Sequence record: OM103162.1
Length of the DNA stretch: 48,366 nucleotides
Reading direction: 5' to 3' (one strand)
Source: Klebsiella phage KpnP_VR7901
Program-made: the position numbers and the translations under genes
The notes under the pieces: generated by a model
Database searches by the model: none
What the model was told of the DNA's origin: nothing
Seen by the model: only the letters and a program-made list of their open reading frames with translations
Shown here: positions 20,226 through 30,119 of the stretch, one piece after another
Layout of the letters: every line of letters starts with the position of its first letter
Numbering within the stretch: position 1 is the stretch's first letter

Positions 20226-20390
20226 AGCAACTTTATCCTCCACACGAACAATTGCCACCTGTAAACTGTCTACGCCGTCATAGCTTTCTTGCTTGAGCTG
20301 ATTAACAACGCTGGCGGCTGCCTTAGCAAACTTCTCAGCCACTTCATCACTCACACCTTCGAATTTAAAAGACAGAACATAATTAGACAT
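20226..20390 (-). CDS. hypothetical small protein (54 aa)
   Basis: Hand-translated MSNYVLSFKFEGVSDEVAEKFAKAAASVVNQLKQESYDGVDSLQVAIVRVEDKVAE. RBS GGAGGTATGTATG. Confidence 0.45.
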
Positions 20391-20446
20391 ACATACCTCC
20401 GATAAGAATAAACATAGTAGTGAACACAGAGAACATAAGCAGATTA

Positions 20447-20683
20447 TTAATGAGCTGTCGCATCTACTTCTGCCCCCACCCGCTTCTTAGTTTCATCAGC
20501 ATCTTTCTGAATGGACATGAGCATGGCTGCTACAGAGAGGCGCTCTTGTTCAGAGAAGTTCTCAAAATAGCTGCGTGTAGCTCGTTCCCCCTCTTCTTGA
20601 TGGATTGAGACAGCGGTGACGGCACGATTGTACGCACGGAGAATAGGATTCTCAATATCATTAAATAGTTCAGGTTTTTTCAT
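20447..20683 (-). CDS. hypothetical protein
   Basis: 78-aa ORF on the minus strand in the gene-dense early/middle block. Confidence 0.45.
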   Translation of the reverse strand: MKKPELFNDIENPILRAYNRAVTAVSIHQEEGERATRSYFENFSEQERLSVAAMLMSIQKDADETKKRVGAEVDATAH

Positions 20684-20723
20684 TACACTTGGTCCTTATT
20701 ATTTTTATTTGTATCGGACGAAA

Positions 20724-21086
20724 TTATCTACCTTTAGGGAGTGTTAGAGCTTTCTCTAAAGGCCACTTCTTTAATCTCTTTTTCATTGCGGTAAAGCTAA
20801 GACCCAGTTCATTTGCCCAGTCCATAATAGTTTTTGTTCCACCATTAAAGCAAATAAATACGTTGGTCCTTCTATTTCGTGCTTGCTCGTGGGGTGTGGC
20901 CCATTTGCAATTTTCAGGGGAATACCCTCCGTTGTTGTCAATACGTTCTAGTGTAAACCCGTCGGGTTTTAACCCCATATCCTCTAAGAAATTCTGGAAG
21001 GATTCCCACCTAGTGCATATAGATATTCCCCTACCACCGTGAGTATAATACCGGTGAGAGTTTGGATTTAGACAGCGCTGCCTCAT
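20724..21086 (-). CDS. HNH endonuclease (phage YGGRGI...NCRWAT-type)
   Basis: RCLNPNSHRYYTHGGRGISICTRWESFQNFLEDMG...RIDNNGGYSPENCKWATPHEQARN. The start was moved to ATG 21086 (RBS GGAGGG) to avoid overlap with the upstream gene. Confidence 0.65.
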   Translation of the reverse strand: MRQRCLNPNSHRYYTHGGRGISICTRWESFQNFLEDMGLKPDGFTLERIDNNGGYSPENCKWATPHEQARNRRTNVFICFNGGTKTIMDWANELGLSFTAMKKRLKKWPLEKALTLPKGR

Positions 21087-21102
21087 GTCCCTCCAGCACT
21101 GG

Positions 21103-21471
21103 TTAGTTCTTTTCAGCCTTAATTCTTCTTCGTTCAACCCCCTCCTCCTTAGACTTAATTGCGTGGCAAGTTTTACACAGAACTTGTAATCCATCTGCTT
21201 GGCAGAACATCCTCTTAATAACATCATCCCAGGAAATAAATCCAGTCAGTGGAATTACGCTTTCAATGTGATCTACTTGAACCTCTTTAGCTGGAAATAC
21301 CCCATGGCAGCGGGCACACTCATAGTGCTCAGCCAGACGCCCTGTGGAGTCATTGACCATCTTACCACGTTTCGCGGCATTTAACACCTCATATTTCGGC
21401 GGCCACCTAGTGGTGCCTTTACGTAATGTAGATTTAATGAATGATTGGAATTTGCTCTCTGTCCAATTCAT
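21103..21471 (-). CDS. HNH endonuclease
   Basis: CxxC...VDHIESVIP...LQVLCKTCHAIK zinc-finger/HNH signature. Confidence 0.65.
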   Translation of the reverse strand: MNWTESKFQSFIKSTLRKGTTRWPPKYEVLNAAKRGKMVNDSTGRLAEHYECARCHGVFPAKEVQVDHIESVIPLTGFISWDDVIKRMFCQADGLQVLCKTCHAIKSKEEGVERRRIKAEKN

Positions 21472-21947
21472 AGAGACCTCCTTTCATTCTCACGTTGATA
21501 GGCCTCCACAGCAGCTTCTAAGGTATCGAAAGAGCCCAGAGATTTTCTGATACCATTGGAACTAATCCTTGCCCGGTATTTATTGCTTTTCTCGTCCCAG
21601 GTCACTCCCTTACCGCCAGTAGAGTTATTCTTGAACAACCCAGTGTTCCAGCTGTTTTCAACGGGATAAACCTCTCTCAGATTCTCCGGCCTGTTATCCT
21701 TGCGGTCCCTGTTTATGTGGTCTAGGGGCAAGGTGGGGAACTTCCCATAAGTAATCAGCCACACTAACCGGTGCGCTAGATATGATTTTCCATTCAACCG
21801 GATATGCAAATACCCATCTTCCCTGAGAGTACCAGCCTCCTTATTGGACATTTTAGCATCAAACCAAGGGGAGCCTCTAGGCTTCCAGAAAAGAGACCCG
21901 CCTTCCAATCGCAGAACTTCCTTGGCCTGTTGCGCAGTTATTGTCAT
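21468..21947 (-). CDS. HNH endonuclease with AP2-like domain
   Basis: LDHINRDRKDNRPENLREV (HNH_3-like), then KYRARISSNGIRKSLGSFDTLEAAVEAY (AP2). Confidence 0.6.
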   Translation of the reverse strand: MTITAQQAKEVLRLEGGSLFWKPRGSPWFDAKMSNKEAGTLREDGYLHIRLNGKSYLAHRLVWLITYGKFPTLPLDHINRDRKDNRPENLREVYPVENSWNTGLFKNNSTGGKGVTWDEKSNKYRARISSNGIRKSLGSFDTLEAAVEAYQRENERRSL

Positions 21948-22147
21948 TTATTCTCCATATTAGGGTGAAGGGCTTCTTGTAACCAGCTTGCTATAGCTTC
22001 TGCCTCTTTATTGCTAAAGCATAAGCTGCTCTTTCCCAGACCGTCGTTCATTTCAATTTCAAAAGGGTATTCAAAATCTCCACTCTCTTTGATACTGAGA
22101 TTGATAATTTCATTGTCCCATTCATCTTTAAAGATTAAAGGTTTCAT
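21944..22147 (-). CDS. small protein, C-terminal -MENK (LENK-family variant)
   Basis: 67 aa. Ends ATGGAGAATAAATGA with the stop overlapping the next ATG. Confidence 0.5.
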   Translation of the reverse strand: MKPLIFKDEWDNEIINLSIKESGDFEYPFEIEMNDGLGKSSLCFSNKEAEAIASWLQEALHPNMENK

Positions 22148-22264
22148 TTGTTCTCCAAATCAATTAGGTTTTCATCCCACTCTACGACATGCAGCATTCG
22201 TTCTCTGTCTAGCCGAACTCCTATATTACTGACTTCTCCCCTTTTGTGAAGTGTCCCGAGGAAA

Positions 22265-23065
22265 TCAATCACCTCGGACCACCGGCCTAGTCCAAAATAC
22301 CGGATTTCCCTCATCATCTGCCCTCCGAATCATCCACGCTAATTGTGCTTGTTCATAAAGACGCTCTTCAGCCTCTTCACCGTATTTGTTAGTGTACGCC
22401 TCCAACACCCTCTCGTACATCTCTGCTTCTGTTGTTGCTCCGTCAAGGATGTTGAATGCTCGAATGGGACCACACCCTTGCAAACCATCATACGTATCTG
22501 TGGAGTCACCAGTAAGTAGCTGTGAATAGAAGAAAAGAGCACCAGTTCCTGTGAGCTTCTTAGGCCCCTTGAGGACGAGGCTCCCTATTTCTTCCACCCA
22601 TGCTGGCCCCCAACTGCCTTGTCTGCCGCACTCCCAAGTGTAATGGAAGCCTGGGCATTGCTTCAAATCCTTATCACGGCTACAGATTATTGTATCTCTA
22701 AACTCTAGGCGCTTAGTTTGTTCGATGCATAGGGCATCATCTGCCTCCATCCCATCTACCACCACTGCTCCCCATTGAGCTTGTAAATAAGCTTTAATGT
22801 AGGAATAGTAATGCGGCTTGATTTGTTTACGATTTCCTTTATACTCACGGCTCTTAGCCACGGCATGTCGGAAATTACCCTTACCCGTGATGAACAGTTT
22901 AGGAGGAGCTGTAGCATATACAGCTGCACAAATCTCCTTAATACGCTCATCAACCATTTCATTCACTTCTTCAACGGATTTTAAAATCAATCCTTCTTCT
23001 GTCTTCTGTTGAGCGGCAAAGCCAATCTCGTAAAGAAGAATGTCTGCGTCAATAAGAGGAATCAT
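22265..23065 (-). CDS. 5'-3' exonuclease / flap endonuclease (T7 gp6 / PolI 5'-exo family)
   Basis: N-terminal IDADILLYE acidic cluster and GMEADD motif characteristic of the FEN/5'-exo family. Confidence 0.65.
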   Translation of the reverse strand: MIPLIDADILLYEIGFAAQQKTEEGLILKSVEEVNEMVDERIKEICAAVYATAPPKLFITGKGNFRHAVAKSREYKGNRKQIKPHYYSYIKAYLQAQWGAVVVDGMEADDALCIEQTKRLEFRDTIICSRDKDLKQCPGFHYTWECGRQGSWGPAWVEEIGSLVLKGPKKLTGTGALFFYSQLLTGDSTDTYDGLQGCGPIRAFNILDGATTEAEMYERVLEAYTNKYGEEAEERLYEQAQLAWMIRRADDEGNPVFWTRPVVRGD

Positions 23066-23141
23066 GCATCACCATTTTATTATATAGGGCTTCCTTGCCC
23101 GTTGTCATTATCTATCTAATTAAAAGCCCCAGTTCTCTTCA

Positions 23142-23870
23142 TTACCACGGATTGTCATCGTCTTCTCCTTCTGTCACATCAGGCTCTACAGGCTCCTGTA
23201 CGGGCTTCTCAGCCACTTTCTCCTCCTTCTTGACCTGCCCTGCAGCCTGCCCCTCTAAAGCTACCTGAAGCTTGCTTCCTTCGAAATCCAAGTTAGCCTT
23301 AATCCGCTCCTGAATCCACTCAGGGAATGAACGGAAGATATCAAGGTCTGGCTCATCCAGAGAGAACACCTTAGGCTCATTCTTAAGTTCTGCCACCATC
23401 ATGCCCTTCATTGGCTTGGAGACATTCCCCACCTTAGCACTGCCATTCTTCTTATGCGCTACAGTTACTGCACAAGGAGCTGTCAACACTTTCCCCCAAT
23501 CTCCTTGATAGAGGGAGAAGTCTGGGTCAAATGCCTTCATACGCTTAGTGGAAGTGGCAAGGTCACTGTCCAATGCGTATAGAGGGAACTCCTCTGACAG
23601 CCAACGCGGCTTATCCTCCAGCTCATTACCTGCTTCATCCTTCATGAACTCTGTAGTGAATTCATAAGTGAGGCGCAGTAGGTGAACAGGAGCTTTATCA
23701 TATGCCACCTCAAACTTCTTAGTTGCGTCATTCCACACTTCCTTGTGGTGACGTCCCATGTCAATCACTTGGGCCACACGGCATGGATAGTTGTCCACTG
23801 GCAATTCTTCTTGCTTAACGCGGTTAGCTGCTGGACGTTTCGGAGTAGTAGCGGGTGCTTTTAAAGCCAT
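23142..23870 (-). CDS. putative single-stranded DNA-binding protein
   Basis: 242 aa with an acidic C-terminal tail ending EGEDDDNPW (compare the DDDIPF-type SSB tails). Sits in the replication cluster. Inference only. Confidence 0.4.
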   Translation of the reverse strand: MALKAPATTPKRPAANRVKQEELPVDNYPCRVAQVIDMGRHHKEVWNDATKKFEVAYDKAPVHLLRLTYEFTTEFMKDEAGNELEDKPRWLSEEFPLYALDSDLATSTKRMKAFDPDFSLYQGDWGKVLTAPCAVTVAHKKNGSAKVGNVSKPMKGMMVAELKNEPKVFSLDEPDLDIFRSFPEWIQERIKANLDFEGSKLQVALEGQAAGQVKKEEKVAEKPVQEPVEPDVTEGEDDDNPW

Positions 23871-23891
23871 GTGTAATACCTCTTTTTATTA

Positions 23892-24080
23892 TTATTTTAA
23901 TTTTTTAACGGAACTAATGTTTACGGCATAAATTTCAGTTGTGTCTAACGGATTAAATAGAACAATCTCTTCCCCTTTTATCACTACAATACCAGCAACT
24001 TCTCCCTCTGTTGCCGCCTTAACAACACCCCCGTCATAGGGGATGTCTTTAGTTAACACCACTTTGCTTCCTGTTTTCAT
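23892..24080 (-). CDS. small protein (GDxV/KOW-like paralogue)
   Basis: 62-aa ORF in the early/middle block. Confidence 0.4.
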   Translation of the reverse strand: MKTGSKVVLTKDIPYDGGVVKAATEGEVAGIVVIKGEEIVLFNPLDTTEIYAVNISSVKKLK

Positions 24081-24265
24081 CAGATTTTACATGCTCCCGA
24101 TTCACAATCATCTGCGCCAATGTCAAGCTCTGCCAGTTGCTCCATGTAAACATCTGTCACAATGGCCTGCAGCTCCTCTTTGAATTGCTCAAGCTGTTCA
24201 AATGTCATGGGCTTAACATCATTGAAATAATAACGCCCAGTATATTTTTCATATGTTACTTTCAT
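24080..24265 (-). CDS. small hypothetical protein
   Basis: 61-aa ORF in the early/middle block. Confidence 0.4.
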   Translation of the reverse strand: MKVTYEKYTGRYYFNDVKPMTFEQLEQFKEELQAIVTDVYMEQLAELDIGADDCESGACKI

Positions 24266-24699
24266 TGTTTCCTCCAGTTTCTTTTCCGCCGATTAATTGT
24301 GGCTCTGTCTAAATTAAATATCTCACACAGCTGTGTGGTATCAGTTATCCCTAGCTCCAGGGTTAACAGAACCGCAGCTCTTCTGTCGTCACATCTTTCT
24401 CTATTAGTTTTGGCTTTATGTTCTGAGATGGGTAGGAGTTGTAGGTGCTGAGGGTTTTGACAGGCCCTATTTCGACACATGTGGTCAACCTCATAACCAT
24501 CTGGGATGGCTCCTATCTCAGTCTCATAAACGTATCTATGGTACATTGTCATCCTAGGTCTACTTTCAGATGGCCCTCTTCTGTCTAAGACTCGCAGGTA
24601 TCCATCCTTGTTTAAGCAGTGGCTTGTGCATATAATACAGCCAGAATCCAGTTTAATAAACTTTAATTCACGCATCCCCATTAGTGTGTCTCGCTCCAA
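24262..24699 (-). CDS. HNH endonuclease with C-terminal HTH
   Basis: VDHMCRNRACQNPQHLQLLPISEHKAKT HNH core. Overlaps the 3' end of the DNA polymerase gene by 19 nt. Confidence 0.6.
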   Translation of the reverse strand: MERDTLMGMRELKFIKLDSGCIICTSHCLNKDGYLRVLDRRGPSESRPRMTMYHRYVYETEIGAIPDGYEVDHMCRNRACQNPQHLQLLPISEHKAKTNRERCDDRRAAVLLTLELGITDTTQLCEIFNLDRATINRRKRNWRKQ

Positions 24700-26615
24700 T
24701 TAATTCCGATATCTGCCTCTCCTTCTTGTGGAACCTCCAATTTATAAAATTTACTCGACGCCGCGATACTAGCCTCCGATATTTTTGCAACATCCTCCGC
24801 AATTTCCCTCCGACATTCCACTTGGAACTCATCGTGTATCCACCCAACTATCTCGAAATCCACTCCTCGTTTGTACTTAGCTTCGAGCTTCTTATTTAGG
24901 AAGTTATAAGCTCCTGACATGAATATAGCTTCATCGGATTGAAGGGTGTAAACCAACAACGTATGCTCAAGTTTAATGAAGATTGGGGCCCCATCGAGTC
25001 CATTAATCCATCCGTCATAGTACTCTAATTTTCCCCAACGGTTCATCCTTCGTTTAGCATTACCTCGCCATTCAGCTGTCAGGCGGTCAATCAAGGCTTG
25101 CTGTGCTGGGAATACCCTGCCGAGAGCGGCACGAATCTCCTCGCCAACTTCCTTACTCCCCCCTGCCATCCTACCTAACTTGTTGTCACTGGCCCCAAAT
25201 TTCCAACCGTAATTAAAGTTTTTAGCTGTACCACGGTTGATTGGATGCAGTTTGTATCTGGCCAAGACTTCGTTTATTGCATCACGGGCTAGGGAGTGAC
25301 CATCTGTCCCTTCATCCTTATCCCCCTCTAACATCATTTTAGTAAAGTCTGCACTACCGGCTCTTGCTGCGAGCATTCGGTCTTGGCAACTCGCCGCGTC
25401 TGTCCCCACTAACACCCATCCAGGTCGGGCTATGAAAGATCTTCGCATTTGATGACCAAAGAACGCATTGGAGTTGGGAACGTTGACAACACCAGCGTGC
25501 TTCATCCTTCTGGTGTCGGCTATCCCCGTAACTCGTGCCGAGATTCTTCCATCAGGTCTCATCCTTGCCAACCAACCTTCTAAATTAGAACGACGATGTA
25601 CAGCTTTAGCACGCTTGGCATATAACCTTCCTGCCTTTCCTTCCACTCCCGGAAACTCTCCATCCTTTGGCATCTTAGGAGAGCGTTGGTTCCCTTCATC
25701 ATCTAAGTTCCATTCAGCAGGTTCCCACCCCTGAGACAGCATCCAATCTTTTACTTCAGCAGAGCTTCCTAAATCTATCGGGCGAAAAGCTATCCTAGTA
25801 AAAGGCCCACAAACAGCCCCAGAAGATAAAAGGCAAGCACCTCCCACCCCGTCCAAATTTTCTTGTCCATAATGTTTCTCCACAGATGCGGAATACTTCC
25901 CGCTCTTCATGAAAGGTTTACGAACATAATTGTATTCACCGTCTTTCTTAGTTTCTAGTATATCCATTGTTAGGGGAAGATATTTAGCTAATACGCGGTC
26001 AATACGTTCTATCCAATGTGTTAACAGCTTAATGCTCTTATGAATATACGCTTCATCCAGAAGCCACCCAGCTTGCTCTTGCTTCCACAGATTCTCCCAG
26101 AGAGTGAAAGTCATTAGATGGGCATCTCTCCAATTCTGCCCCTTCCCTTCTTTCTTTAGAGCGTGATATGTAGCAACGTTAATGCGGACATCTTCCTCAC
26201 ACCGGTGTAATATCTCTGGTGTATATTCATCCCAATATTCTATCTCTGGTTTATCAATGCCAACTCGTACACCCCATGCATACAAGCCATGCACCTTCAT
26301 CGCCTCCTTCTTATTCTGAGCTTGTGGGGGAGCTGTGCGGTGGGGATTCTGTAAGCGTGACATGAGGAGGGTGTCTACCTTCTTACCAGTAAACTTATAC
26401 CCCAATACTTTCTCCACTACGGGAATGTCGTATTGTAGGATATTGTGCCCTATCCAAATATCAACAGTCTTCAGAAACGCTACAAACTCATCCATCTGCG
26501 TATTGTCGAAGCGTCTTACATCTTTACCATCTAGGGTTGACGCTACGGCACAATGCAGCTTAGTCACTGTATCGTAGAGGCCATTAGCCTCAAGGTCAAT
26601 CACCCAAGGTGTCAT
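24681..26615 (-). CDS. DNA polymerase, family A, with 3'-5' exonuclease domain
   Basis: Exo I VIDLEANGL. Motif A GTDAASCQDRML, motif B RGTAKNFNYGWKFG, motif C GWIHDEFQVEC. Confidence 0.85.
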   Translation of the reverse strand: MTPWVIDLEANGLYDTVTKLHCAVASTLDGKDVRRFDNTQMDEFVAFLKTVDIWIGHNILQYDIPVVEKVLGYKFTGKKVDTLLMSRLQNPHRTAPPQAQNKKEAMKVHGLYAWGVRVGIDKPEIEYWDEYTPEILHRCEEDVRINVATYHALKKEGKGQNWRDAHLMTFTLWENLWKQEQAGWLLDEAYIHKSIKLLTHWIERIDRVLAKYLPLTMDILETKKDGEYNYVRKPFMKSGKYSASVEKHYGQENLDGVGGACLLSSGAVCGPFTRIAFRPIDLGSSAEVKDWMLSQGWEPAEWNLDDEGNQRSPKMPKDGEFPGVEGKAGRLYAKRAKAVHRRSNLEGWLARMRPDGRISARVTGIADTRRMKHAGVVNVPNSNAFFGHQMRRSFIARPGWVLVGTDAASCQDRMLAARAGSADFTKMMLEGDKDEGTDGHSLARDAINEVLARYKLHPINRGTAKNFNYGWKFGASDNKLGRMAGGSKEVGEEIRAALGRVFPAQQALIDRLTAEWRGNAKRRMNRWGKLEYYDGWINGLDGAPIFIKLEHTLLVYTLQSDEAIFMSGAYNFLNKKLEAKYKRGVDFEIVGWIHDEFQVECRREIAEDVAKISEASIAASSKFYKLEVPQEGEADIGINWSETH

Positions 26616-26800
26616 TTATTCTCCAGTGTAGGGATGTATTCTTCCCATTCGTTTTCAAAGAAACCAGTGTCTAGAGAGTTTACAGAAGCAAAGCCATGTT
26701 CATCAATAGCGTCTGCATTTAGAACAGTTCCTGCTTTTAACACTCGGTTGTTATAATGCCATCCTAAATTAACATCTACAGTTAGAATGATTTCTTTCAT
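26612..26800 (-). CDS. small protein, C-terminal -TLENK
   Basis: 62 aa. Ends CTGGAGAATAAATGA, overlapping the polymerase ATG. Confidence 0.55.
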   Translation of the reverse strand: MKEIILTVDVNLGWHYNNRVLKAGTVLNADAIDEHGFASVNSLDTGFFENEWEEYIPTLENK

Positions 26801-27276
26801 TTCAAAGCCTCTCTCACTTTATTTGCATGGAACCTAACAGTGGTGAAAGGCACCCCAACAATCTCTGTCACTGTACGTAATGCCACTCCCTCCAACAGAT
26901 GTAAATACAGCCCTGTCTTCATTGGCTCTTTATAACGCTCAATAAGCTTTAAGGCATTCTCTGCTGTACTAAGGGCCTTCCATTTATCCTCCACCTCTCC
27001 ACCGAATGTATGATGCTCATCAATCTCTTCAGCGTCAATGCGGTCAGACATATAGTCTTTAATACGATTAAACAATGCAGCCCTCATTAAATATTTAATG
27101 TCATAACGACCATGTAAGCGAGGAGCTGCCTTTAGGAGAGCTTCATACGTATCCATCAGGGCATCCTCTGCCCATAGATTCCCTAATTTATTATTAGCAA
27201 TACGTAGAAGGTTCTTATAATCTGTACGGAAGTTCTCCTCAATCAATCCGTACATAGTGTCTGAGGTGTAAGTCAT
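26797..27276 (-). CDS. ECF-like sigma factor (sigma-70 regions 2 and 4)
   Basis: Region 2-like YLMRAALFNRIKDYMSDR. Region 4 HTH LYLHLLEGVALRTVTEIVGVPFTTVRFHANKVREALK. The start is placed at ATG 27276 (ATGA overlap with the upstream stop); the track ORF extends to 27390. Confidence 0.6.
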   Translation of the reverse strand: MTYTSDTMYGLIEENFRTDYKNLLRIANNKLGNLWAEDALMDTYEALLKAAPRLHGRYDIKYLMRAALFNRIKDYMSDRIDAEEIDEHHTFGGEVEDKWKALSTAENALKLIERYKEPMKTGLYLHLLEGVALRTVTEIVGVPFTTVRFHANKVREALK

Positions 27277-27851
27277 TTTCCGTGCCTCTCTGTGTACCCC
27301 AGTCTGGCGGCAACCTCTGCCCTCACAGAACAAGCCTCTTCGTAGGTGTCGTACTGACCAATACTGATGTTTGACACAATCACCCTCCACTTGCTGTTAT
27401 CTTTTCTAAAATAAACCCCCGTCGCCCCACTACTGTTGTCCTTGCGCTTCTTCATGTTTCGGCTATTAACCTCTACGTTTGCATCTCTAAGATTTACCCA
27501 CCTATTATCATCTCTAACTCCGTTCATATGGTCTACGCATTCAGGCCAAGCCCCCAGCATATACATAAAGGCGAGTCGATGAGCTTGATACTGAAGACCT
27601 TTCATGCCGGGGACGCTGATTCTTACATAACCCTTCCCTGTGATGAATCCAACCTCATCCCCGGCCCTATGATGTTTAGTATCTACTCTCGTGGTAAATA
27701 TGCCAGTCTCTGGATTATAATCCAATACCTCTCTTAAATACTCTTTTGTAATCATAGTTCTGTAAACATCCCATTTGCTTTGTTCCAGTATAAGTTTGTT
27801 GGACCAACTTCTCCGAATTCCCTGTCCTCCAAGAGAACAAGTTGTCGGCAA
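27273..27851 (-). CDS. HNH endonuclease with AP2-like domain
   Basis: VDHMNGVRDDNRWVNLRDA HNH_3-type, then GVYFRKDNSKWRVIV...YDTYEEACSVRAEVAARLGY. Confidence 0.6.
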   Translation of the reverse strand: MPTTCSLGGQGIRRSWSNKLILEQSKWDVYRTMITKEYLREVLDYNPETGIFTTRVDTKHHRAGDEVGFITGKGYVRISVPGMKGLQYQAHRLAFMYMLGAWPECVDHMNGVRDDNRWVNLRDANVEVNSRNMKKRKDNSSGATGVYFRKDNSKWRVIVSNISIGQYDTYEEACSVRAEVAARLGYTERHGK

Positions 27852-29407
27852 TTTCTATCCTCTTCTGCAAGCTCCGGGTCTTTATTCCCCTCAATACCAA
27901 ACATATAGTTACAAGAACGTGCCATAGCACGGCTCCCTGCAAACTGAGAGGACAGCACCTTCCCACCACGTTCATGGGGAGTGCCGCTCTCTGGATTACG
28001 CAAGTGACAGAAGATGAAGATGACAATATCTAAATCCAATGCCATAGCTGCCAGCTCCTGTGCAATCTCTTGCAACTTGGTGTTAGCTGTTGCTGCGTCC
28101 ATACCATTCACTAAGTTGGTGATGGGGTCAATGAATACAGCCTTCACCCCCTGAGCCACTGACGCCCTAATATCAGCCTTCAGTGTCTCCCAGCCTAAGT
28201 GTTGGTACAGATTGAGCAACACCACCTTGCCCCTCATCACCTCACATGCTTGGTCATAACGTCGTTCATCAAATGGAATTTCAGGGTCATGGAAGATGGC
28301 CTGTGCTATTTTACCAGCCAGAAGCTTAACGCTCTTAACGTTAGCTTCCTCTGGTTTAGCCAGCAACACCTTAAGCCCATGCTCCTTAATCAAGTGAGCG
28401 GCAATGGCATTCACCACCTCACTCTTACCCATCTTCTGAGCCGCACCAATGTAGATGGTTTCCCCAAAGCGTATGCCACGAGTTTTCTTAGTGGTTTCTC
28501 TCCAAGGCCAAGACAGGCCATATTCAGCTGGCTTCTTACCTGCTTCAAATAAGTCCTCAGCATACACTAGACGAGTGTTCTTAGGAGTGCCAGCATCAAA
28601 CATTACCGATTTAAATAATGCCTTAATATGGCCTTCCAAGACGCATTCGTTAACATCTTTTCCGGGGACTGTTGCAACCTTTGCCTCCGGCAAGATTTTA
28701 AGAACTTCATCCACAGCAGCCTTTCCAGCCGCATCATTATCGAATACCAGAACCACCTCTTTAAAGTGCTTCCTAATGTCGGACAGCACCAGTGCAATGT
28801 CCCGACTTGCAGCCGCCGCTCCGTGAGGGACAGAGACAACCGCAGGTATATTTCCTTCATATTGACCACCTTTATTACGCTGCATAATGACAGAGAAGAG
28901 GGACATAGCATCAATCTCCCCCTCTGTAATAAACAGCTTAGGACTGCCTGATTGAATGGCCTTGCTCCACCCGAAAGGAAATACACGCTTGCAATTGCCT
29001 AAGCTGCGTATCACTTTACCTTCCACAATGCGGAATTTATATCCTGACAACTTGCCAGTTTCATAGCTCTCATATGGATAGTAGTGGATAGCCACATGTT
29101 CTTGACGCTCTTGGTCTAAGCTCACTTTAACCCCGAAGTAGTCTACAGTGGCTTTACCAATCTTGCGGTCATCCAGCCCTCTCACCGGATAGGAAGAGAT
29201 TTCATCCATTTCTTCCTGGATTTCTTCTGGTGTACGAGCTGTACGTTCAATGCCAGCCCTCTCCATTGTATTCCCATTTAATGGGTCAGGCTCATATTTA
29301 TGGCAAGCGAAACACCATCCGTTAACACTGCCATCCTCCTCTTGGTACAGATTTAACCCCTGCCGGGTCCCGCAGTGATGCCCAGTTCTCCCCACCAGCA
29401 TAGCCAT
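27752..29407 (-). CDS. primase-helicase (T7 gp4-like)
   Basis: N-terminal Cys4 zinc ribbon (HHCG...CFACH). TOPRIM ITEGEIDAMSL. DnaB-type Walker A IGAAQKMGKSE and Walker B-like DLDIVIFIFCH. Confidence 0.8.
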   Translation of the reverse strand: MAMLVGRTGHHCGTRQGLNLYQEEDGSVNGWCFACHKYEPDPLNGNTMERAGIERTARTPEEIQEEMDEISSYPVRGLDDRKIGKATVDYFGVKVSLDQERQEHVAIHYYPYESYETGKLSGYKFRIVEGKVIRSLGNCKRVFPFGWSKAIQSGSPKLFITEGEIDAMSLFSVIMQRNKGGQYEGNIPAVVSVPHGAAAASRDIALVLSDIRKHFKEVVLVFDNDAAGKAAVDEVLKILPEAKVATVPGKDVNECVLEGHIKALFKSVMFDAGTPKNTRLVYAEDLFEAGKKPAEYGLSWPWRETTKKTRGIRFGETIYIGAAQKMGKSEVVNAIAAHLIKEHGLKVLLAKPEEANVKSVKLLAGKIAQAIFHDPEIPFDERRYDQACEVMRGKVVLLNLYQHLGWETLKADIRASVAQGVKAVFIDPITNLVNGMDAATANTKLQEIAQELAAMALDLDIVIFIFCHLRNPESGTPHERGGKVLSSQFAGSRAMARSCNYMFGIEGNKDPELAEEDRNCRQLVLLEDREFGEVGPTNLYWNKANGMFTEL

Positions 29408-29853
29408 TACTCCACCTCCTTTAAAAGGTTGAAAAATTCATTATAGGCATCTTGCGCCTCCTCTTTAGTGTTAAACACTCCTATATAGACGAAACGGTCA
29501 TAGTATGTCAGGAAAGCTTGCCACTTATTTCTATGTTTTCTGAATCCCGGGGAGTTATCCTTACGATTCAGTTGGTTATCCCTTGGCGAGACAACCCTTA
29601 GATTTTCGATACGATTGTCTGTTTTATCCCGGTTTATGTGGTCAATTTGCATTCCTTTAGGGACAGGTCCGTTATGGAGCTCCCATACACATTGGTGAAC
29701 ACTTCTTGTCCTGCCTTGGATTGTTATGTAGCAATACCCGTTCTTGTTGTTGAGATGCCCCTTCACAACACAATCGGCTTTGGCTTTGGTCCCTCTATTA
29801 ACCTTATTATAGAGTTCCCCTTCCTTGTAATAAAGTAAATCTGATATACTCAT
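29407..29853 (-). CDS. HNH endonuclease with AP2-like domain
   Basis: QIDHINRDKTDNRIENLRVVSPRDN, then NKWQAFLTYYDRFVYIGVFNTKEEAQDAYNEF. Confidence 0.6.
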   Translation of the reverse strand: MSISDLLYYKEGELYNKVNRGTKAKADCVVKGHLNNKNGYCYITIQGRTRSVHQCVWELHNGPVPKGMQIDHINRDKTDNRIENLRVVSPRDNQLNRKDNSPGFRKHRNKWQAFLTYYDRFVYIGVFNTKEEAQDAYNEFFNLLKEVE

Positions 29854-29891
29854 CTTGTCTCCTTTATAATTATTGTTATGGAGAATATTTA

Positions 29892-30119
29892 TTATTTATT
29901 TTCTAGTGTGAAATGATGCTTAAGCTCCACCTTATCGTAATCAACCGACCATACTCCATCGTCAACCCACTTTGGGCCTTTAAACCATGGGGAGGTTGAG
30001 GCATCATCTATGTACAAAACAACTTCATCTCCAATTTTAAAATACCTACCACCATAATTGTCCTTAATTATAAATACATCCCCCTCTCTCCATCCTCTAC
30101 TCTCACATGGTGTCATCAT
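29892..30119 (-). CDS. small protein, C-terminal -TLENK (CTA GAA AAT AAA TAA)
   Basis: 75 aa. Contains a GDVFIIKD / IGDEVVLY SH3/KOW-like pattern. Confidence 0.55.
   Translation of the reverse strand: MMTPCESRGWREGDVFIIKDNYGGRYFKIGDEVVLYIDDASTSPWFKGPKWVDDGVWSVDYDKVELKHHFTLENK

Noticed and set aside
27276-27390. N-terminal 38-aa extension of the sigma-factor ORF (MEGDCVKH...)
   Set aside because: It overlaps the upstream HNH gene in another frame. ATG 27276 forms an ATGA stop/start overlap typical of this genome.
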